This document shows positions 10,021 to 16,882 of a DNA stretch of 64,000 nt, piece by piece. The notes beneath the pieces were generated by a model. The model worked only from the letters and a program-made list of their open reading frames with translations, was not told the origin of the DNA and did no database searches. Source of the DNA: a virus; the IMG/VR virus record IMGVR_UViG_3300025122_000009, positions 1 to 64,000 of that record; one strand, given 5' to 3'. Numbering within the stretch: position 1 is the first letter of the stretch; every line of letters begins with the position of its first letter. Made by a program: the position numbers and the translations under genes.

Positions 10021-10247
10021 AAATTACAAAGACAAGATTAAAGCAAATTATTCAAGAGGTTTTAGAAGAGGACTTTGGATCCCCAGGCCAGCCCGATTGG
10101 GAAGCCGAAGCGACAGCGATTGAACAATATCCTGAAACGCCCTCTTTGGAAGAGGGGGTGAGAGAACTTCTCGACCAGTGGCCTGACAAGCGGCACCCTT
10201 ATTATCAGGATTTGGAAAATCTTTATACTCAATTTACAACAGGATAA
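10017..10247 (+). CDS. Leader-bearing small acidic protein
   Basis: MKITKTRLKQIIQEVLEE N-terminus; ATGA overlap with previous gene. Confidence 0.7.
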   Translation: MKITKTRLKQIIQEVLEEDFGSPGQPDWEAEATAIEQYPETPSLEEGVRELLDQWPDKRHPYYQDLENLYTQFTTG

Positions 10248-10253
10248 ATTAGC

Positions 10254-10691
10254 ATGAAACTTACAAGATCACATCTCAGGCAACTTATTCGAGAAGTAAT
10301 ACAAAAAGAGGGAATTGGGGATTGGCTGGATCGCATGAGGGCTGGCGAAGAATCCTCCGGAGCAGCGTATCGTGAAAAACTGGCGGCGCACGAAAAAGAA
10401 AAAGAAGAAAGGAAGAAGGGGAAGAAGAAAAGCTTTTTCGGATCAGAGTTCGGAAGCGGCCTCGAAAAAGCTTTAAGAGAAGAGGAAGAAGAAATGTCAG
10501 AGGCAAAACGTGCACGGCCGGCTGAATTTAAGTCGGGAGATAAAGTGACCCACGAGGAATACGGGACAGGCACCGTAACTCACCCGGGAGCGTCTACTGA
10601 TGCTACAGGGGGTCGAGAGGTTTCTGTTAAGTGGGATGATCCGGATATCGGATCCCGAAGAGCAATTGAGGCGAACCTTAAAAAGAAATAA
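10254..10691 (+). CDS. Leader-bearing protein with C-terminal SH3/Tudor-like domain
   Basis: MKLTRSHLRQLIREVIQKE leader; FKSGDKVTHEEYGTGTV...VSVKWDD. Confidence 0.65.
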   Translation: MKLTRSHLRQLIREVIQKEGIGDWLDRMRAGEESSGAAYREKLAAHEKEKEERKKGKKKSFFGSEFGSGLEKALREEEEEMSEAKRARPAEFKSGDKVTHEEYGTGTVTHPGASTDATGGREVSVKWDDPDIGSRRAIEANLKKK

Positions 10692-10703
10692 AGGAGAAGT
10701 GTC

Positions 10704-10832
10704 ATGAGATTGAGGGATATGGATCTAGAGAGAACAATTGCCAGAATCGATGAAAATATTTCGGATTGGCATTCAATGGCAGAACTGGAAGAAGCTTATG
10801 AGCTTTGGACATGGCACCCAGGAATGGGATAA
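10704..10832 (+). CDS. Unannotated 42-aa protein
   Basis: AAGGAG RBS; MRLRDMDLERTIARIDENISDWHSMAELEEAYELWTWHPGMG; fills the intergenic gap. Confidence 0.55.
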   Translation: MRLRDMDLERTIARIDENISDWHSMAELEEAYELWTWHPGMG

Positions 10833-10866
10833 TTTAAACTAGGAGAACAAAAATAGGAATATTATT

Positions 10867-11103
10867 ATGAAGCTCGCAAAATCAAAACTTAAACAGGTTA
10901 TCAAAGAAGAGCTAGAAAATATCTTGAGTGAGAAAGAAGATGATAAGTGGATCCAGGATGCCGAAGAAGATATTGAGAAGCGTGGGACTGAAGGCGTCTG
11001 TACAGGAGACAAGTTCGGGAGCGACAGTTGCCCTCCTGACAGCAAAAGATATAATTTAGCAAAGACATTTCGCAAGATGGCGAAAAAGAGGAAGAAAAAA
11101 TGA
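10867..11103 (+). CDS. Leader-bearing small protein with basic C-terminus
   Basis: MKLAKSKLKQVIKEELENILSE leader; KWIQ motif, two Cys, LAKTFRKMAKKRKKK tail. Confidence 0.7.
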   Translation: MKLAKSKLKQVIKEELENILSEKEDDKWIQDAEEDIEKRGTEGVCTGDKFGSDSCPPDSKRYNLAKTFRKMAKKRKKK

Positions 11104-11540
11104 AGCTAACTAAGATGAGACTTAAGCAAATTATCAAAGAAGAGATTAAAAGGGTGTTGCATGAAAGTTGGGGTGATACAGGCTTACGTGGAATGGCCGG
11201 CACCGACCCCGATTTCAGCATGACGACGGGCATGAAACCCAAGGGCGAACGTTCTCAAGCCGTAACCGGGTTGGAGCCAGGACGCCAACGCAGTGGTGAA
11301 ACATACAAGAAGAAGGGCCGAGATCTTAAGAGCCGTGATAAAGACGCAACTTTCGCTCGGAACAGCATTAAGCTCGATCTAAAAGACCGTGGCGCGGACA
11401 TTGATGCTGTGCCTGGAGCCTTCATGCGCCTCCTCGGCCATCTGGAGACAAACGAAGTCGATGAAGCAGTGGCCTTGGCCATCGAAATGGGCGCTCAAGA
11501 CGACGGAGATCTGGCGAGTGAATTTGACATGTACACTTAA
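11100..11540 (+). CDS. Leader-bearing hypothetical protein
   Basis: MKLTKMRLKQIIKEEIKRVLHE leader. Confidence 0.7.
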   Translation: MKLTKMRLKQIIKEEIKRVLHESWGDTGLRGMAGTDPDFSMTTGMKPKGERSQAVTGLEPGRQRSGETYKKKGRDLKSRDKDATFARNSIKLDLKDRGADIDAVPGAFMRLLGHLETNEVDEAVALAIEMGAQDDGDLASEFDMYT

Positions 11541-11564
11541 GAATAATGGTCAAGGAATTCTAAT

Positions 11565-11912
11565 ATGAAGCTTACAAAATCAAGACTTAAACAAATTATT
11601 AAAGAAGAAATAGAACACGTTTTAAAAGAACTCGGCGCTGGCTATGGCGGAACAAACCCAGAGTTTACGGCAGCAGTGGCGCGAGAACCCGCCACAGCAG
11701 ACAAGTGCGCCGACTTGAGGGCGCAGCTTGACGATTCGCCAACGGCATCTGATGCGGAGTGGATGAAAACAAAAAGAGAACTTAAACGCTTAGGGTGTGA
11801 AGATCGGGGCCCCGAGTGGGGGGCGGGACGTCCGAAGAAAAGCTCTATCCCTTATTCCGAACGCGACTTCATCATGGGACATACGGGCGGCTATCGCGCT
11901 GCGGAGGAGTAA
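11565..11912 (+). CDS. Leader-bearing hypothetical protein
   Basis: MKLTKSRLKQIIKEEIEHVLKE leader; AAGGA RBS. Confidence 0.7.
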   Translation: MKLTKSRLKQIIKEEIEHVLKELGAGYGGTNPEFTAAVAREPATADKCADLRAQLDDSPTASDAEWMKTKRELKRLGCEDRGPEWGAGRPKKSSIPYSERDFIMGHTGGYRAAEE

Positions 11913-11917
11913 AACGT

Positions 11918-12127
11918 ATGAAACTCACCAAATCAAGACTTAAGCAAATTATCAAAGAAGAAATAAGGTCGATGATTTATGAATGACCTGAGAGAGATGC
12001 TTCCCGTGAGGAAGAAGATGTTATATTTATAGGGGAAAAAGAAGACCACCCGGGCCAATCATGTGACGAGGCCCATCCAGAGTATAAATCCCATGAAGAA
12101 TGGGAAACCAGCCAAAAAACTTCTTGA
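11918..12127 (+). CDS. Unannotated leader-bearing ORF with in-frame TGA at 11984-11986 (candidate selenoprotein/readthrough, or nonsense pseudogene)
   Basis: MKLTKSRLKQIIKEEIRSMIYE*PERDASREEEDVIFIGEKEDHPGQSCDEAHPEYKSHEEWETSQKTS*; GGAGGAG RBS; frame stays open 46 codons past the TGA. Confidence 0.55.
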
Positions 12128-12152
12128 CATTTGCCTTCATTTATTAGATAAT
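12124..12152 (+). promoter_or_regulatory. Sigma70-like promoter for the Mre11-Rad50 gene
   Basis: TTGACA-17 nt-GATAAT. Confidence 0.6.
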
Positions 12153-12184
12153 AGAACAGACGAATTAATACCCACGAGGTTTGA

Positions 12185-15100
12185 ATGAAGTTTGCCCATA
12201 TCGCAGATACCCATATTAAAAATCTAAAATACCATCATGAATATAAAATCGTATTTGAGAAATTATATGACCACTTGCGAAAAGAAAAAGTTGATTATAT
12301 AATTCACTGTGGAGATATTGCACATACAAAAACACAATTATCTCCAGAATTTGTGGAGATGTGTACAGATTTTTTTAGAAGCTTGGCAGACATAGCGCCC
12401 ACCTATGTTATTCTCGGCAATCATGACGGCAATCTAAAGAACTCAAGTAGACAAGACGCGATCACTCCGATTGTGGATGCCCTAGAACATCCCAACTTAC
12501 ATTTGTTGAAAGATTCTGGCGAAGTAATATTGAACGACGATTTTGCTTTAAATGTTCTTTCAGTCTTTGATATGGATAACTGGTGTGATCCTTCGGATTA
12601 TAACAAAGTCAACATTGCTCTTTACCACGGGTCAATTAGTGGCTGTAAAACAGATTTAGATTGGGTGATGGAACATGGAGAAAATGATATATCTGTATTC
12701 GAAGAATTTGATTATGCCTTCCTAGGCGATATTCACAAGACCAACCAAATACTTGATGAGGAAGAAAAAATTCGTTATGCCGGTTCTACTGTCCAGCAGA
12801 ACCATGGAGAAACAAATGATAAGGGATTTTTGATATGGGATATCAAAGATAAAAATACTTTCACCTGTAATCATATCGAACTTTTAAACCCCAAACCCTT
12901 CATCACCATCGAGCTTACTCCAAAGGGTAGAATTCCCAAAGGCACCCAGGTCCAAGAAGGGGCACGCTTAAGACTTGTGACAAATAATAATTTGCCTCTC
13001 CACACGATGCGAAAAGCAGTAGATGTAGCGAAGGTGAAATATAAACCAGAAACCATTACATTTTTAAATCGCTCGGCTGGGGATAGAGGAGACGTTAAAC
13101 ATCTTACTCACGGACTAGTCGAAGAAGATCTCAGAGACATAACTGTACAGGAAGAATTCATTAGTGAGTATGTTAAGGACTACGAAGCAGACGATGAAAC
13201 TTTAGAAAAAGTTTATGAATTGAATAGAAAATATAATGCCATGGCCGAAGCGGAAGAAGAGGTCTCAAGAAATATTAACTGGAAATTGAAAAAATTTGAG
13301 TGGGACAACTTATTTAACTATGGAGAGGGCAATAGTGTTGACTTTACTAATCTAAATGGAATTGTTGGAATATTTGGTAAAAACTATTCAGGAAAATCGA
13401 GCATTATTGACGGTATCCTTTATACTCTTTTCAATTCTACTTCTAAGAATGAAAGGAAAAATTTAAATATTATCAATCAAAACAAAGAAAACTGCAGCGG
13501 CAAATTAGAACTCACCATTGGTGATGACTTGTATACCATAGAAAGAACTACTGAGAAATATATTAAAAAGCTTAAGGGAGATGAAACTTTAGAAGCTAAA
13601 ACCAATATTGAATTTAATAGCTGCAATTCTGTCACCGGAGAGGTGGTTAGCCATAACGGGCTGACACGAAATGGCACAGATAAAAATATTCGCAAATATC
13701 TAGGCACCTTAGACGATTTTCTCATGACCTCGATGTCCTCTCAATTGGGTTCTCTTGCGTTCATTAACGAGGGATCGACACGGCGCAAAGAATTATTAGC
13801 CAAGTTCCTTGATCTGGAAATTTTTGAAAGAAAATATCGCATGGCCAAAGAGGATATTGTCGATTTGCGAGGCGCCCTTAAAAGTTTGGAGGGCAAAGAG
13901 TTCGATGAAGAAACAAAAAAAGCAGCGAAAGACTTGGTGTGGAATCAGGAACAGACAGAAGAGCACGAGGCAAAATGTGCACAATATAAAGAAACAATTG
14001 AAGAATTACAAAGCGAAGTAGGTGAGTTGGATGAAAAGATAAGCTCAATCCCAGCAGAGATTATAAACATTATTGATGTCAAAGAATCTATTTCTAAGCA
14101 TGAAGAGTTAATAGAAAGCCTGAAGGAAGTAAACAAAGAGGTTTCAAAAAAGATTGACTTAAATCAAATTTATTACGAGAAGATTGAAGCTTTTTTGGAG
14201 ACATTTGATATTCAAGAATATCGAGGCAAAAAGGATGTGATTATTGCCAAGAGGGCCGAACTTACACAGTTCATTGCCGATCTGGGGATAGAAAGTGATA
14301 AGAAAACTCGGTACATCAAAAAAGAAAGACTCCTTAATGAGGTGCCGTGTGGTTCTGAATTTTCCCATTGTAAATTCATCAAAGATGCCTATAAAGCTGT
14401 GGGGTTAATGACCGAGAGCACGCAGAAGATCGCTGATTTGAGCATCGCTATTAACCAAAAGGGCGAAGAAATTCGGGGGATGGACTGCGATCAGGTAGAT
14501 GATTATATTGACAAGTATACTCAGGTACTCGAAAAGAAAAACACAACAGCTACGGAGTTGGCCAACGATCAGATCAATTTTGAAAAGAACAAGGCTGAAT
14601 TGGCAAGGCAAGATATTTCTTTGGTTGAGTTACGCAAAAAAGAAGGAGAATACGAAGAAAACCGAGAAACTATTGAAAACTTGGAGACTTTAAACAAGGA
14701 GAAGAAAGATAAAAATAAGCGGCTTAGAAAACACCAACAAGAGCTTAAAGCGTGTAATGAAGAAATACTAGAATTTTATAAAGAGCACGGATCTCTAGAA
14801 CAGAAGTTAAACAACCTTCTAGAGCAGCAGAGAGAGTTGGCCGAGTTGCGTGAAGAATATGCTGCTTATGATTTGTTTATGCGCTGTATGCACAGTAACG
14901 GTATTTCTTATGATATTATTAAAAAGAAGCTCCCCATTGTTAATGAAGAGATTTCTAAGGTCTTGGCCAATGTCGTTGATTTTGAAGTCTTTTTTGATGA
15001 CGATGGTAAAAAGCTAGACATATACCTTAAGCACCCCAAGCATGATGCTCGCCCTATTGAAATGGGTTCCGGAGCAGAAAAAACAATTGCTGCTATGGCT

Positions 15101-15337
15101 ATGCGGTTAGCGTTGTTATCAGTTTCCAGTCTACCTAAATCTAATATTTTTATTCTCGATGAGCCAGCGACTGCTTTAGATGCTGAAAATATGGACGGCT
15201 TCGTTAGGATACTAGAAATGGTTAAGAATTATTATCAGACAGTTTTTCTTATTTCTCACGTGGATAGCTTGAAGGATATCGCAGATATAACAATTGATAT
15301 TGACAAAAAAGATGGTTATGCATTTGTTAATCATTAA
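12185..15337 (+). CDS. Fused SbcD/Mre11 nuclease - SbcC/Rad50 ATPase (gp47-gp46-like)
   Basis: HIADTH, HCGD, LGNHD, LGDIH phosphoesterase motifs; Walker A GKNYSGKS; coiled coil with central Cys pair; SGAEK signature; FILDE Walker B; ISH. Confidence 0.92.
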   Translation: MKFAHIADTHIKNLKYHHEYKIVFEKLYDHLRKEKVDYIIHCGDIAHTKTQLSPEFVEMCTDFFRSLADIAPTYVILGNHDGNLKNSSRQDAITPIVDALEHPNLHLLKDSGEVILNDDFALNVLSVFDMDNWCDPSDYNKVNIALYHGSISGCKTDLDWVMEHGENDISVFEEFDYAFLGDIHKTNQILDEEEKIRYAGSTVQQNHGETNDKGFLIWDIKDKNTFTCNHIELLNPKPFITIELTPKGRIPKGTQVQEGARLRLVTNNNLPLHTMRKAVDVAKVKYKPETITFLNRSAGDRGDVKHLTHGLVEEDLRDITVQEEFISEYVKDYEADDETLEKVYELNRKYNAMAEAEEEVSRNINWKLKKFEWDNLFNYGEGNSVDFTNLNGIVGIFGKNYSGKSSIIDGILYTLFNSTSKNERKNLNIINQNKENCSGKLELTIGDDLYTIERTTEKYIKKLKGDETLEAKTNIEFNSCNSVTGEVVSHNGLTRNGTDKNIRKYLGTLDDFLMTSMSSQLGSLAFINEGSTRRKELLAKFLDLEIFERKYRMAKEDIVDLRGALKSLEGKEFDEETKKAAKDLVWNQEQTEEHEAKCAQYKETIEELQSEVGELDEKISSIPAEIINIIDVKESISKHEELIESLKEVNKEVSKKIDLNQIYYEKIEAFLETFDIQEYRGKKDVIIAKRAELTQFIADLGIESDKKTRYIKKERLLNEVPCGSEFSHCKFIKDAYKAVGLMTESTQKIADLSIAINQKGEEIRGMDCDQVDDYIDKYTQVLEKKNTTATELANDQINFEKNKAELARQDISLVELRKKEGEYEENRETIENLETLNKEKKDKNKRLRKHQQELKACNEEILEFYKEHGSLEQKLNNLLEQQRELAELREEYAAYDLFMRCMHSNGISYDIIKKKLPIVNEEISKVLANVVDFEVFFDDDGKKLDIYLKHPKHDARPIEMGSGAEKTIAAMAMRLALLSVSSLPKSNIFILDEPATALDAENMDGFVRILEMVKNYYQTVFLISHVDSLKDIADITIDIDKKDGYAFVNH

Positions 15338-15364
15338 ACTATTTACTGCGTATAGGAGGACAAT

Positions 15365-15553
15365 ATGTTGAGACACGCAGTAGATAAATTTTTAACCAAA
15401 GTGATATCACGAAAACTTTTAGTATGGGGCACAGCAACGGGGCTTCTTTTCTTTTCTAATTTGAGTTCCTCGGATTGGGTCGCCGTTAGCTTAGTATATA
15501 TTGGTTCCCAAGGCGCCGCCGATCTGGCCAAAGCCTGGAAACATGGTGTGTAA
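15365..15553 (+). CDS. Small two-TM membrane protein, holin-like
   Basis: SRKLLVW followed by two hydrophobic segments; AGGAGG RBS; ACTATTTA at 15338-15345. Confidence 0.5.
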   Translation: MLRHAVDKFLTKVISRKLLVWGTATGLLFFSNLSSSDWVAVSLVYIGSQGAADLAKAWKHGV

Positions 15554-15966
15554 TGAGCTTTCTTGCCATTAAAGCATTTCTCAAAAAAACATGGGTGTGG
15601 TTTAAGAAAAATTGGTATGCACCTGTTGTTGTGCTTTATACTCTTGTTTTGTGGGTTGTATTTCGTAGAGGAGATAAGGCTTACGAAGTATTGCAGGCCC
15701 GAGACCAGAGTTACAAAGCTCAAATAAAAGCAATTAATGACGCGCATGATGCCGAAATTGCCGAAAGGAATAAAGTAATTAAAAAATACACGGAGATAAT
15801 CTCGGCTCTTGAAAAACAATATGCGGATAATAAATTAGTATTAGAAAGCAAAAAGAAAAAAGAGATAAAGAAAATCGTAGAAGAGTATAAAGATGATCCA
15901 GCAGGGCTGGCAAAAGTTATGAGCGAAAAATTTGGATTTGTATATGCTAAAAAGGAGGAAGCATGA
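15553..15966 (+). CDS. N-terminal TM + coiled-coil protein, i-spanin-like
   Basis: WYAPVVVLYTLVLWVVF anchor then charged helical region; follows holin-like gene. Confidence 0.45.
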   Translation: MSFLAIKAFLKKTWVWFKKNWYAPVVVLYTLVLWVVFRRGDKAYEVLQARDQSYKAQIKAINDAHDAEIAERNKVIKKYTEIISALEKQYADNKLVLESKKKKEIKKIVEEYKDDPAGLAKVMSEKFGFVYAKKEEA

Positions 15967-16448
15967 TAAAGAAGTTATTAATTTTGGCGGGTCTGGGAGC
16001 AGCTGTTTTTGCGTGTGCCACTAACGACTACCAAAACTATACTCCTGGAATTGTAATCTCGGCTGTTGAATATGATAACAAGCCTTACTCTCTAGGTTGT
16101 AAAGGAGAGTTCAAATGTGAGAAGGAAACACTTGAATGTGTGTATTACTTCCATGAGGAAGCCCAAAAGCGTATTGATGGGGCCAAGGCTTTAATAAAAA
16201 AGGATGCTGAAAATATTCCTGTAGCCATCGAATTCTATAATGCGTTATGTAATTTGTACCAAGTTAAAACACATCTGAAGGTACTCAAAGAAGAAGATAG
16301 GGAAGACTGGGACATATTAGAAAAGACGGGCCTAATTAGACAAACGGATTTGGTTGCGCTGATATTGGCGGTAAAGATTCGTGAATTGGAATTAGAGAGT
16401 AGAGGAGACTGTAATGAAGCAACTAGTTGTCCTAGCCGTAGTTTTTAA
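15963..16448 (+). CDS. Predicted lipoprotein
   Basis: MIKKLLILAGLGAAVFA-C lipobox-like signal; AGGAGG RBS. Confidence 0.55.
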   Translation: MIKKLLILAGLGAAVFACATNDYQNYTPGIVISAVEYDNKPYSLGCKGEFKCEKETLECVYYFHEEAQKRIDGAKALIKKDAENIPVAIEFYNALCNLYQVKTHLKVLKEEDREDWDILEKTGLIRQTDLVALILAVKIRELELESRGDCNEATSCPSRSF

Positions 16449-16872
16449 TATTATATTTCCGGCGCCCTTGTTTGCCCAGGCAATTCCTTCTGAGCCTCCA
16501 AAAATTGTTGATCTGAAAAAAGATGAGAAAGCACCCTTTACTGGAGTCTTGCTAAACTCCACTGCCGGCGCACAGATGTTGGCAAATCAAAAGTTTACTG
16601 AAGCAGGATGTAAGTTAAAAGTAGATTTTGAATTAAAGAAATTAAAAGCTCAACACGATTTGATGATGGAGAGCTTGAAAATTTCTATGAAAGCCTCAGA
16701 AAACAAGTATACTTCACTCCTAAAGATTAAAGATGAAGAAGTTGAAAGGTTAAGCTCGATTGCCCTAGAGCGGCCAAATGATTATGCACATTGGTGGGCC
16801 GCCGGCGGCTTTATTGCAGGGGCGCTGGTTTCAATTGGAATATTTTATGCAGCCTCACAAGCAAGTAAATAG
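16414..16872 (+). CDS. Exported coiled-coil protein with C-terminal TM (spanin-like partner?)
   Basis: Signal peptide, coiled coil, C-terminal WWAAGGFIAGALVSIGIFYAA. Confidence 0.5.
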   Translation: MKQLVVLAVVFNIIFPAPLFAQAIPSEPPKIVDLKKDEKAPFTGVLLNSTAGAQMLANQKFTEAGCKLKVDFELKKLKAQHDLMMESLKISMKASENKYTSLLKIKDEEVERLSSIALERPNDYAHWWAAGGFIAGALVSIGIFYAASQASK

Positions 16873-16882
16873 GTAATTTATC

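Noticed and set aside
10017-11986. Recurrent leader DNA as a CRISPR, integron attC or DGR repeat
   Set aside because: Copies vary mainly at synonymous sites, are not palindromic, always start a gene, and no integrase or reverse transcriptase is present.
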